64,000 bases of DNA from Marsupella aquatica (lineage: Eukaryota; Plantae; Marchantiophyta). The position numbers and the translations under genes were made by a program. Positions 38,098 to 50,993 of this stretch are shown here, one piece after another; the stretch's first letter is position 1; the number at the start of each line of letters is the position of its first letter. A model generated the notes under the pieces. That model ran no database searches, was not told the origin of the DNA, and saw only the letters and a list, made by a program, of their open reading frames with translations. Location of the stretch: the NCBI GenBank assembly GCA_973895155.1, contig OZ316894.1, positions 557,968-621,967 of the forward strand, given 5' to 3'.

Positions 38098-41000
38098 TGT
38101 CACGTCGTAGGCTTCGGCCTTAACTCAGACTTCAGCTTAGACGGGCACATCCCTCGTAAATCTGAGGGTTCGGGCAGGAAGGGAAGCACGTAATGCACCT
38201 TATTCTCGTAAACTAGCGCTAAGTGCGCATACTGCTAAATACGGACACCTCCTAGGTATGGTTTGTGTTCCGCCGCCGGAACGTACCTTAGTCGATAGCA
38301 GGATCGACCCCGGCTTAAGGGCTTCTAAGCCTTCGTGCTGTCCACCTTCAATCCGGATTCGATGATACAGGTCCTCAACCCGTGCTCGCAACCACTTACC
38401 CGCAGGCTGCACCCTGTGCCCGTCTCGGGTAGTGCGTTCGGCCCAGCGCTGCCACCCATATACGAGAAACCCACACACATATGCGCACACATGCATACAA
38501 TCTTGATTTACACGAAGGAAAATGATGGGAAAGGATTTTACTACAAAGGGAACATATGCGTACACTTAGTTGACCCGACAGCCCTGGAATGAACAGGTTC
38601 AAGGCCGAGGGTGCACACTACAACGGAGCCCGGCTCCGCACTCGCCCGGCGAGCTTAGTCCTACCCCCTCCCCTTGGTACTCTTTCATTCCCAGAGGTCG
38701 GGACTCCCCGCATATCCCGCGGATGTCCGACTCTGAAACTAAAAACCCCCCCTCCCTCTACCGAGGGGTGCACTAAATACTAAGAGCCGAGGGACGGGGT
38801 GTCCTCTCGCCGAAGATTCGCTGACTAAGGTCCTAACTAAGCTGACAGTCAGGCCGGAAAACAACTGTGTCTTATTAGAAGATCCTAATCTACGCAGGCT
38901 GGACAGCAGGGCAGCACTGCTGTACCTAAGGCAGGTGCCTGTCCCAAGAGCCTGACTAAGCCAATCCTAATCCTAATCTATTCCTACTCCGCCGCTAATG
39001 CCTGGCACGCTTGCCAGAGCCGCCCGAATGGGAACGGCCATCCCGCTGCCTTCGAAGCCTGTCATTGTCCGCTTTGAGGAGCTGGACCTGGTCCAGCAGA
39101 GATTCGTTCTCTCGCCTCGCCGCGTCCGTCTCCTCTGCTGCCTCCTGACATGCCTCCTCCAGCTGCTGGGCGTCGCTCGTCAGTGTACCCACCAGCTGGT
39201 CCTGCTTCTCGGCCTCGGTTTGGAGCCGCGCCATCTCGGCCTGCAGCGTGGCTATCTCCGCTGTGTCCCGCTGGGCTCGCTCCTCGGCCTCCTCCAGGTC
39301 TTTCTGCCAGGTGACAACTTGTTTCTTCAAACTGTCAATCTGGTTCCGGAGTCGTGTAATCTCGGCCTCGTTCCCAGCTTTGGCCTGTTCGGCTAGGGCG
39401 GTAAGAGCGTGCGCCTTTGCTCACAACTCATCGGCGGCTGCAACCTTGGGTCGTAGTTGCAGAAGCTCAGCCTCTTGAGCCGCCACTTCGTTCTTTAGGT
39501 ACACGGACTCCACCCGGTACCGCTCTATCCTCTGAAGGGCCTCCGACTGGGCCCGACCTGCCTTTACGGCGGCAACCAACTCCTGATTGAAGAAACAGGC
39601 TACCTTCCGGGCCATGAACTCCCCGGTATCCCGGGCAATTTGATGAGAGAAATCTCCCAGAAGCCCGTTCAGAAACGTACCCTGTACGAAGAGTTTCGGG
39701 TGGTCCAAGTTGTGCCTGTCCGGATTTGGGCACGGGCAGACGTCAACACGCGCAGGGGCCGGGGTAGTGACGTCCAGCCCTGGGGACCTAACGTTGGAAG
39801 GGGCTGGAGTGTCCTCCTGCAGCAATGTCCGGTTCTCCGGAATTGCCACCGGTGGGTCCTTGGGAGACCCGGGTTCGGGTAAGACCTCTGCCGTACCAAC
39901 TTCTGTACTTAGCCCGGCTAGTTGGGTCGCATCAACGGTTGCGACGACCGACCCCTCCGGCGCCTCCTCGGTTACGATTACAGCTATTTGTGGAGGTGGG
40001 GTGGGTGAAGCTGGCGTGTCCATTGGACTTCGGGCCTCGGGTTGGGGCCGTCTCTCCAATGCCGGAAAAACCCACCTAGCTGGGACCAGCTTTGTAACGT
40101 TGATGCGGGGAAGGGTTCGTCGATCAAACCGGGCGTACCACTCAAGAATGATTTTGATGTGGCTAGCGAAATACGCCTTCCCGCCAATGTACAGCGTCTT
40201 CCTTCGCCGCTCCATCTCTTCATGGAATTTCTTAGCGAAGTACGATGCCCATTTCCTAGGTTGATAGTTCTCGACCTGGATAACCTGGGCGGCGGAGATC
40301 TCCCCCCGGGGTTCCATCATGTGGAGAGCGTACCTTTGGAACTCCAGCCGCTCAGCTATCTCGGGCATGAGGCAGGTCCTCATCACGAACCCATTGTCTA
40401 CTGCTCCCTCTGAGGGAAAACTTGAAGATTGGTACTTGGCCCCCTTGCCCCTGGGAGCCCGTGATTCGACTCGATGGTCACCTTCGGGTAACCCGAAGAT
40501 CATCTTGAGCCGTTCTTCTGTGAGGGACATATTCCTTCCCCGCAGCCGAGTCTGTTGACGTACGTTGTCATAATTCTTGACGAATTCTGTCATGTCCTCC
40601 CTGTAGTACCTGCAAGTGTTCCAGGGGAGAGAGGTGAGGTGCTCAAATCCCTGAGTCTTCAGGGACACCGCATGCTTGGGATGGAGGATGTTGCTGTGAA
40701 CGTTTTCCCCCATGCGGTGCATCGTCACCTTGGCTACGGCTACCGTGGCCAACGGTAACCCGGATGCAGTGGTGGATTCCTTCCTCTTCTTTCCCCGAGA
40801 CTGACTCGGGGAAGGTGATACTTCCCCATCCTCCCGATCGGGCCTGGGGAGTGCCACTACCGTTGGTAACAGGCCCGGGGCGGCCACGGTCACCATGTTG
40901 TCTGCTGGGGCCGCTCCTGGGGTCAGAGCAGGGGGTGGGGACGATATAGTGTCGGCCCCCCGAGCGCTTGTTCCTCTGGGCCGCCTGGTCAAGGGTGGGG

Positions 41001-42115
41001 TAGCCTCGTCGTCATCGCTAAGATCCACAGCGTTGATGACGGAGCGTACCTGTGCTGGCTGGGTGATAGGTGGTGGGGTTTGGCTAGGCTGCGGCTGAGG
41101 CTGAAGCTGAAGCTGAGCCTGAGGTTGAGGCTGGGGTTGCATGGGCACGGGTACGGGTACGGGCACGGCTGAGTTGGTCATGTTGGTTGATGGCCGAGTT
41201 CCCATGAAGCTCTGCAGGTGCTGGTAGAAGTTCTCCGAAGCGAGTGCGGACGCCCTTGTCGAACGGTTGGTACTGGACTCGCCGTTAATGACAGCCCGAA
41301 CCCGGGCAGGGATGTGGTCGAAGTGATGTCGCTGCAGGTCGATTGTACCCGGGATATTGAAGACCTCGTCCGGAAGCCGAAGCAATGCTTCCCAGAAACC
41401 GATATATTTGTCTCCATTGAAGAAGTACCCAGATACCTCTGCTGGTCGGTAAAGCTCGCTCTGAGACGGGTAGTCAAAGTTAAGGACGTAGTGGTGTCGT
41501 CCTGCTAGGCGGATGGCTCTCTCGTATTCGCATTCGATTTTGTATCGGCGTGGGTTGGCGTGTTTCAATGAATCGGCCAAGTGCCTTCCGGTAGATAGGA
41601 ACTGCGTCCAGAATCGAATGGCCGAGCTGGAGAGGATCGTGTGCGACATTCAGAGGAGATAGTAGTGGCGACCTAGAGAGAACGAGAGAGCTGGGGTCGA
41701 AGCTGGCGCGCGGACTGATGGACTGGTGCACTACAAAGGGTTGGCTCCCCTTTTATACTTTGAGGGCTTGTCGATCCCCGACGTCTCCTCGACGCCCATA
41801 GGCTGAACCGCTCACGCTTGTGGTGTACCGGCCACTCCGCCGGTCTGAGTCAGCGTGCGTCAGTGGCCGCTTCCTTAAGTTCGTTATACGGACCCGAGGG
41901 AGGGGCCCTTCCACGCTCGTAACCCGGGTGTGCGAATAGCGACCCGCCGCCAGTCCGAACCTGAAGTCCCCCTTATTGCCTAATGATGTCCTACCCCTAA
42001 TGATTACCTAAATACTGTCGTTATGCTAATAACAGCGGCCTAAGACCCACCTAACGCGCGTGCCGAGCACAGTTAGACTGAATCACTCATTAACCGCCGT
42101 ACCGGCGGCGTCACA
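38098..42115 (-). mobile_element. Family B solo LTR (4018 bp)
   Basis: B termini on the minus strand; TSD TCTTG at 38093-38097 and 42116-42120. Confidence 0.96.
38995..41649 (-). pseudogene. LTR-B-encoded protein with a single premature stop at 39421-39423
   Basis: 742-aa ORF plus the in-frame C-terminal ORF 38995-39330. Confidence 0.9.
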
Positions 42116-42485
42116 TCTTGTTTGCAACCGTTTCCTATCTCAAGCAGCCATACACCCTGCGTGTCCCTTGAGCCTCTTTTCCCACCTCTTTGCTTATCCT
42201 CAGGACAGCGCTTGATGGAACAAGGTCTTGGTTCTGCAAGTGCAACAAATACCAATCTTAGAGAAAAAACCACATTTGAAGTTTGGATAGAGATCATCTC
42301 TGTCAATCCAACACAAGTGGCCAACCACAAAGAAAATATATCTGCATACTGATCGTATTCATTGAGAAACCGTAAAGAGGAGATGGATATTGATACTGAT
42401 GCTCTAATTGTTAAACTTGAAGTATAATTATACAGACTATATTATATCAAATTGATAAGGTCACATCGCTCAATCTAGACCTTGG

Positions 42486-45400
42486 CTAACAATGCGATCC
42501 ATATTCATCAATCAAGATATCATCACCGAGTTCTTGTTGGATCTCATAATTGACATCAGAGGTACTCTCCTCTACCCAATAAGGTGCAGACCAAATCGGA
42601 GTTATCAATCTCAATTCTCCACTTCTATAAGTTGGATCTTTCTTGTGCTTTTTGTACGAGTGATTGTTCAAAATTGATTGAGCAGCATCCAACGCAACTT
42701 TAGTTCCTACATTGGGTACACTTTTCCACACGTAACATCGACGATCATATTCAAGTGACTTATATCCATTTGATCCTACTCTCTTCCCTTTCTTTTTTGA
42801 GAGTGGAAGGATAACGGGACTTCTTGATTGTGATCGAACAAACACCAATTTGTCATCAAAAGTGGAAAAGAGTGTATCAGGACAAATTGAAGCACCTGCC
42901 TGGTTGTCAGCAGTCATGGATGCACTTGCTTCATTCACGGGAATGTCACCTATTTGGATGGGCTGTGGTCTCAATCCCAATGTGTCGAGTTCATTGGACT
43001 CACCATGCCTCTCCGCAACTTGATTGAGAAGGTTGTTTGAAGAAAGTTTTTCAAAAGTATCAACTTCCATCTCTTGTCCGGGCACTTGTGGATGGAGACC
43101 ATCTCTATCCAAGTTATCATCATACTGGCCCTCGTTGGGGCCCATGGGGGCAACATCTGTAATTGGTGAACTGCAGGGTGCAGATCCAACAATCATATCG
43201 TCTTCCACAAGGTCAATATTTTCACCCTCGCCAACTCGGTCATCCAAATTCTTCACGTATGCCCCCTCCGATGGCCCATTGTCTTTGACTGATTGGTCAG
43301 CTCCATCTTCTTGATCACCATCTGACTCATCCTCAATAGCAACAGCGACAAAAGAGAGTTCCCAATGTCTAGAACTTCCACCGACATAGCGATCATAACG
43401 ATCTTTGATGGTGGGAACCTTCTCACAAAGGAACGAAGCGTATGCTTCCACAAAATGTCTCTCATGTTGAGAGTCACAATAAACAAAACATTCACGTTGA
43501 GAAAAAAGGAATGCCTTCATCACTTAACCGCCAGAGAAAAAGTCAAGAATCAAATCCCCCGGCTCGGACAGTGTTTGGATGATCTTTTGGATCATCCGTG
43601 TGGGTTTGGCATGAGGATTCACCCACCCACCCCGAGCGCCGACAGTCGCAAATCGAGGTGCCATGTGCAAAAGTATTGCCGCCTCTTGTAGGGTCATCAT
43701 ATTTCTTAGATCTTCATGCAATGACTCCTCGTCCGCTCCTTTCCCTTTCCCTTGACCTTCTCAACCACGAAATCAGTATCCTTTTCACCGTACACCCATT
43801 TTGGCTTCATCTGGTTGGGCTTGAACACTTCATCCCAGCTGGCGTTCTCTTCGCGAGAAATTCCCGCAAAGATAACTTCTTCTATTCCTCCCTTCCAACA
43901 TGAGTCGTGAGGGTGAGGTTGATCATCTCGGTAATAACTCCCATACTCAATGTGAATAGTCAGAGTTTTTGAATGTCCTAATTTATGAAGAGCGCTTAGG
44001 ACATTCAGTACAAGGTAACCCGAATGGACAGTTATCATCACAACAATGGTCGGATTCCGTGGTAGCTCTACTATGTATTGGAAGAGTACCAAAATCTTTG
44101 CTTTGGTCCACTCCTTCTGTTGAAGTCGGCTGAAATCAACAATTGCAAGAAGGCATGTTGGAGATTGTTCTTCCAACGACTCTGGATCCACTGTCTTCAT
44201 TAGGTTGTTACTAAAAAATGTGACCCACGGTTGGGTTCGAGAACTTGTCCCACCGCCAAACTTCTGACAGTAAATATCATCTAGACGCATCACCAATGTC
44301 ATTGGCAATATCTCACTCTCTTTTGTATGATTAGACTTCAATAAATTTGTCAACCATACTTCACCAGCCGCTCTTCGGCACCTGTTCAACTCCGATTCGG
44401 CACCTAACAATGGGAGGACCTCAATTACTTTAACCCAATCACTATCTGCTGGGAAGTTTTTTGGATCCTTCTTGAAGTAGTAATCTCCAATAAGAGACTT
44501 CAGTTTGATCAATATCTTCACCTCCTTTGCAAAGTCCTCCATTGCTGGAACATCTGACTTATTTGTCGGATCCTACTTCAATAAAACCTGACCTGACTTC
44601 ACCTTGTTCAAAATTCTGGTCAAATCTCTATTTGAGATTTCACCATCAAAACAACGAAACATTGCGACCGTTATACCCTTTTTGGACCTTTTGTTTCCCT
44701 GTGTACCAGCTCCATCAGGAAGATGTCCATCAATCCACATCTAGCACACTAATCGCCAGAGCTCAAAAAGATCATTCTCGGCAAAAAGCAACCAATATAC
44801 ATTTTTCAAGTCTTTTCTCCCCATGGTCATCCTTGCCAATGCCAAATAATCCTACAGTCAAAAATTAGGGGAAAATAAGTTATCTACAATCAATGAGATT
44901 TGACAACAAACTATCACTTGCTTGTTGGACAGAGACCATCTCCATCCAAGTCATAACCAAAAGTAAAAGGAAGAGAAATCTTTGGAATGGACGATCACAC
45001 TCTTGGACAGAGACCATCTCCATCCAAGTCATAACCAAAAGTAAAAGGAAGAGAAATCTCTGGAATGGACAATCACACTCTTGGACAGAGACCATCTCCA
45101 TCCAAGTCATAACCAAAAGTAAAAGGAAGAGAAATCTCTGGAATGGACGATCACACTCTTGGACAGAGACCATCTCCATCCAAGTCACAACCAAAAATAT
45201 ATTGAACTAAAATCAATGTAACGGACGGTCACACTCTTGGACAGAGACCATCTCTGTCCAAACAAGAAAAATGTTTCTCACCTGAAATTTTTGATTCTCT
45301 TGGGCGTTTGACTTGTTGTCCCCGTGCTTTGGCTTTCTTGGTGCTCTGCATTCAAGGAATTGTTTCCTTGCATGAACAATTGTATCTTTGAAGCACGATT

Positions 45401-46892
45401 GAAACACCATCATCAAATTGATGGCATTTGATCTCATTGAGTGCTCAACCAATATCGCCGATGGTGTAAGGTCTGACAATAATCTAGACTTCCTATATTT
45501 TAACTTTTTTGCCAACACTGCCAGCTTGGCATCAGTTTTAGCCCATTCGAGAACCCACTTGGCCGCCCTAGCCGAATGTTGCCCACTGATGGCAAAGAAA
45601 CCAATCTCACCTTTCTTCACTCCTGCAAGAAAGTCTTTGCGGTCGTTCTCCGTGCTGTCAAAATGGAGCAACTTTCTAAGCTTCAGATTATAAGGAAGCA
45701 GGTCCGCGACGTGAGGTTCATGTCCAGGGTTTTTGACCATGGATTCAGTAGTACCCAGTGCTTCACATGGGTACTACTGAGCATCCTGTAACATAATCTT
45801 GCAGGTGCAGGCATAATTTTCTCCACTGGAATAGAAAATAGTTCATTTATCCCAAAAGTATAGTACTGCTCTATTCTCTGGAGAACATCATTTCCTTCTA
45901 AGACCTTCTTCTCCTTAGGGGCATCAAGTTTGTCTCCCTCATCTTCTGGGAGCATCTGTACGTCCGTAGGGGTTGATTGCACAAGAGACTTGTTAGTTTT
46001 CTATTTCTTTGCTACTGGCTTCTTCTCGGGTTCCTTCGGCAATGTCTCAATTTTCTCGCGCTCCTTCCTCTCTCTTAGTCTTCGCTTCCCTACCACTTGT
46101 TTGGTGCTTGTCCCAGCCATTGTTCTTGCAGTCCCTATTGTTGTCTCCTGAGATATTTTTCTAGGTTTGGGAACTTCTTTGTTAACAACTATTGGAAGCT
46201 CGTTCACTGCTACTGGTGCAACATTTGTAGGCTTGGGTAATGATTCTACCCACTTTTTTGCATTATCCATCGCAAACTCCTCCGCAAATGCAATTTGCTT
46301 GTCAAGGCAAACACCTGATTCCAAAGATAGGAATCCTGCCTTGTCGAGCAAATTATTTAAAATCCATGTCACCGGAAATGTATAATTCCCTTGGTGTTTA
46401 TGGATATTCAGCTTCACATATTGAAACCCATACATGATGTCAAGTGGAAGAATCCCCTTCACTCCAGCAATCACCTTTTGAGTTGAATACGACTTAGGGA
46501 AAAAGTCCATTGCCATCACGCCAAGTTCTCCAACAGTAGACCACTCAACATTGAACTCTGAAGAATACGCCTTTGATAGTAGATGTAGCTTAACCCATCG
46601 TATCCTTTCATGGAGCTCAAGGATGATGGAAACAAACCCCTCTTCCTTCAATTCCAATGAAGACTACAGGTCCGAGTACAAGAGTCTCTTGATCTTCTAT
46701 TTTGACCTTTATGCACAAAATGGGATCCCGTCTCTCTGACGTGCTAAGGAAATCAAAATCAACTCTAGAGAACTCAAGGCCCCAACAAAAATCTGGTTTG
46801 CTCTGCTCCAACAAGACTCCCTCGGAGCAACTTGATTCTGAAATTGCTGGTTTCAATCCATTTAGATCGCTCCCTGCAGTAGTCCCATCCAT
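42486..46892 (-). pseudogene. Intron-containing pseudogene: ParB/Srx-like domain plus N6A/N4C DNA methyltransferase-like domain plus acidic tail
   Basis: FSIPVEKIMPAPARLCYRMLSSTHVK...FFAISGQHSARAAK (ParB-like); GT-AG phase-0 intron 45281-44852; NPHAKPTRMIQKIIQTLSEPGDLILDFFSGG (amino-MTase motif X/I). Several stops and frameshifts. Whether the upstream ORFs (46001-46892) belong to the same gene is uncertain. Confidence 0.68.
44925..45261. repeat. 78-bp tandem repeat inside the intron; five copies of the palindromic TTGGACAGAGACCATCTCCATCCAA motif
   Basis: Motif starts at 44925, 45003, 45081, 45159 and 45237 (exact 78-bp period). Confidence 0.95.
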
Positions 46893-46951
46893 GCATATTA
46901 GTTTGGAAAATCTTAATTTTGTAATCGACAAATATGAGGTTCTCTCATAGT

Positions 46952-47395
46952 TTGGACAGAGATGATCTATGTCCAATTGGACAGGGATGATCTCTATCCT
47001 CTACTTGGATAGGGATGATCTCTGTCCAATTCCTAATAAAGATAATCTTTGTTCGATCAGAGGATACTGACGATCTTTATTAGGAATTGGACAGGGATCA
47101 TCTCTATCGTCTACTTGGATAGGGATCATCTCTATCCAATTCCAAATAAAGATCCTCAACATCCTCTGATAGGACAGTTTCGATCCTCTAGTTGGAATCC
47201 TCTATCGTCATTTTGGAAATAGATGATCCCTATCCAATTGGACAGGGATGATCTCTGTCTTCAGTTTGGACAGAGATCATCTCTATCCTCAATTTGGACA
47301 GAGATCATCTCTATCCAATTCCTAATAAAGATCACTATCTTCTACTTGGACAAGGATCATCTCTATCCAATTGGACAGAGATGATCTCTATCCAC
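46952..47395. repeat. Cluster of ~11 copies of a 25-bp near-palindrome TTGGACAGAGATGATCTCTATCCAA
   Basis: Copies at about 46952, 46977, 47005, 47087, 47115, 47213, 47238, 47266, 47294, 47346 and 47371, plus the inverted pair CCAATTCCTAATAAAGAT/ATCTTTATTAGGAATTGG. Confidence 0.92.
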
Positions 47396-50300
47396 TGCAC
47401 AAATATTGAACTTGTTACCGAGATTGTGATGCCTAGCCAGGAATCCCTAGGCCAGTTTAAATGGAAAAAATGAGAAGTGTACCCTGGAAACACATTAGCA
47501 TAGTGACAAAAAACATGGAAAATATAAACAATTAAGGGTGACTATGGAACCCGAGCCGAGGCCAAAAGTAAGGACGTCGGGGGAGGGAACACGATTAGGG
47601 TTAGGGCACGCTAAGTGTCGGCAACTAGGGGTAACCAACGGGAGGGAAGACCAGGGAAGGAGGGGGGTAAGGACCGATCGCAAGGAATGATGGCTCATTT
47701 GCAAGCACGAACTAAGGAGACGGCTACGTGAAGCCAACTACTGTCAACTGCTTAGCCAAGCACTCTGGGCGGGAGCAAATACCGACGATCAACTCAAGGA
47801 GGGTATGAGCAACGTCAATCAAGTGGCACATTTTTGGGGATGCCTGTTCGAACGGGCAACTAAGTACATTGGGACCTACAAAGACGAAGAATCAGAGAGA
47901 GCAGCTTGAGAATGGCATGAGCTCGTTCGACTGTGGGAGCTGCAAAAGTCTGCCTTCTTAGGAGGAGAACTCATCAAGGCTGAATTCCTGTGGACACCTA
48001 CTGGCTACGAGCTAGACGACCTTCTGTTTTGCGAAAATAGAATCGTTGGCATCCGGGAACCATCAACCGCTACAACATACATTGGGAGTTGAAGGGTAGC
48101 ACGGAGGGGTGGACGAAGGCAACCGTGCTAGGAGAAACATCCACGGTAGCCGCTATGAAGAGGAAAGGGAACAACAACAAAGAGGCCACCCCTGCAAAAA
48201 GAACGAGGTCGGCGGCACCAAGGAAGCCAGTTGAGCAGGAGAGCAGGAGGCAGGCAGAAGTAGAGGAGGAGGAGGTCGACCCCATCAAGGCCGTTCCAAC
48301 AAGAGATGACACCTGGAAAGGCTGGGCGGTGACCCTCCCCAAGGAGGTGCAATTACACTTTGCACGTGAAGAGGATGCATGCTTTACGGCTATGCAGACT
48401 CGGAAATACCAGGGCTTCATGGCCGGATCCGGCTTGGAAGCCTTCGTGAAATTACCATGGTTGAAACCGGAGGTGCCGGATTCAGACTTATTAGAATTCG
48501 TGGGATCATGGGATCCCGAGACAAATTCCACAAGGGTGTATGGGAAGGAGTTCTATCTCACTCCCCGGTGATTGCCGAAGCGTTTGGCTTGCCGATGGGC
48601 AATAAGACCAAAGTAGATACTAGGAAGACCTTGCCTGACAAGGAGTTCCGGTCGTTTCCAGGGCCATCAACGAAGAATGGCTTCTTCCGGAACACCTGCA
48701 CCAACTCGCACATTGGAGAGATGATCGATTTCTTGCGGGTGACCATGCATTGCAACTTGCCGAGGCCAGAGATCGGCAAGGCACAGGTTTACCTGGCGGA
48801 GAGGCCAGACCCCAGTCGGGACTACAACGGATACCTCCTCACCCAATTGAAGAAAATCTTGAAGGAGGAACAGCAAGTGATCGGCAAGGGAAGTGTGTTC
48901 CGGCTTGGCTATCACATGCCGCTGTTGTGCCGGTATGCCCAAAGTCGGATCTTTGCCCCGGTACTTCCCCTGCAGGCAAGGGCACCAGAGGAGGTTCCGG
49001 AACAGAGGCCGGTAGCAGAGAAACCCAACCAGTCTGACAGTCCTACGATCGAACAGGTGTTTAGGCCAAGAAAAGAAGACTTGTCGATGCAGCAACCAAG
49101 CATGCAAAATCTGCTGAAATTGCTAGAGAAGGAGAAGAGGACGGCACCGGCAACGGCAACGGCAACGCCACCAATTTAGGACACTACCCCAGAAGTTGGC
49201 ATAAGCCAACTCATGAGGGAAAACCCTTTTACCGGAGCCAAGGAGAGAAGAAGGCCGGAACACGAGCTGGGAGTCCGAATGTATGTAGGAGCCTCGAGTC
49301 CCGAAGCCGAGGGAAAGCAGCCCAAAGCTCCTGGTCGCGACCGGGAGAAGAAGAGATCAGTCGGGAAGCCGGAGGAGGAACCAGTACCCGTGAGCTATGA
49401 GGCCGTGTTCACGGCAAGACCAGGGGAGTAGCGGGAGGAGCCGGTAGTCCAAGCAGTGGAGGAGGCGGTGGAGGACTACGGCAATGATAACTCCGGCTAC
49501 GGATTGGACCATCATGTTCCAGGAGTAAGGACATGTGGCCGGTTCATTCCCACTCTTCCAAGAGTAGTTCGAGGGGACCCCACCCAGCAGAGCAGCCCCG
49601 AGTCTCCCCCACCAGATGTCGCTCCCCCGAGCTTTGACGGCATAAAACAGACGGCACAAGAGTTTCAGGAGCAACTCAGGGAGGAAGAGAAGGCAGCCCT
49701 GGCTAGGGAGAAAGATTTACCAGGGGGAGAATGGCCGGAGCACATCAGGCGGCTTGCAGAAGAACGAAACAGCCCTCCAGCCATGATAGAAGAAATCTGC
49801 AAGACGGCTTGGGAACAAAGGCCGTGATGGTTGATGCCGATGACTTCTACTCACTCCGCCTATGCTAAAGAAAGAGCCATGGAGTACGTGGAGATGTGTG
49901 GGGAAGCGCTCAGCATCTTTGGGGAGGAGTTGGAGCAGGGACCTTTTTTCCAGAGGGAGATGTTAGAAAAACGCCGATTAGAAGAAGCGGTGGCTTTGGA
50001 GAGAAGCAAGAAGGATGAGGTCATCCGACGGGTTAGGGAGAAGGTAGTCGAGGCAGACCAGAGGGCGGCCAAGAAAGCCCAAGATGAGCTGCGAATTAAG
50101 CGGCATGAGCTAAACATCATGCAGGGGCAATTGGATACCGCGCAGTCTGATAATCAGATTATCAAGGATAAACTGACTCAGACCCAAGGAGTGTTGGCCG
50201 ATGCGATCAAGGACAGGGAGAAGTGGAAGCAGGAGCTGAGGGACACAGAGGAGGCCCACATAGCCGCCAACAACCGGGCCATGGCGGAAACCCAGAGAAG

Positions 50301-50993
50301 GGAGAGGGCGTTGAAGGGGGAACTCAAGGATATCTGCGGAGCCCTTGAGCAGAAGGAGGCCGAGTTAGGGAAATCCTATCAGGCGATTATTGTGCTGCAG
50401 TAGGAGCTTGCATCCCTGACGGCCAGCTTCAAGGCCAACCTGCGTGAGAAAGACGACCAGCTCGACCAGACTTATGCCAAGATGAATAAGAAGGAGTCTA
50501 AGGTCATAATAGAGCTCGACAAGGAGCTAAGGGCAACCGAGGAGGAGAGGGCTACCTTAAAAAAGGAATTGGAGGAAGCCCAGAAGGAGCTGGAGGAGGC
50601 GCGCAAGGACCTGGACAAATTGCAGGAGGAGTTGGAGGAAAGCACGTGGAAGATGGAGAACTTACAGCGGCAAGCCGACAACCAAACGAAGCGGCTGAAG
50701 AAACAGGCCGCAATATTTAAGTGCTTGGCTTCCTCAGGTCCAACTCCAATTGGGGCAACCAAGTTTCCAGGAGTAGTACTGGCCAAAGGACAAGCCGAGA
50801 CACTCACACCAGTGCCGTAGGTAAGTGGCAAAGGGAAGGGACCAACTGCCGAAACAGGGAAGAAGAAGAAGCGGAAACCTTCTGGGTCAGGGAGTAACAC
50901 GGCTTCTCAGGCCGGCGTGACTAAGGAGGTAAACCCGGCACCAACCTCAGGCAGGGTCACGGCAGATCCAACTGTCCTACAAGGCAGGGATGG

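Noticed and set aside
44880-45210. ORFs of 104-105 aa on both strands
   Set aside because: Translation of the intronic 78-bp repeat.
44925-45261. CRISPR-like array (palindromic repeat with regular spacing)
   Set aside because: Spacers are near-identical copies, there are no cas genes, and it lies in a spliceosomal intron; it is a tandem repeat.
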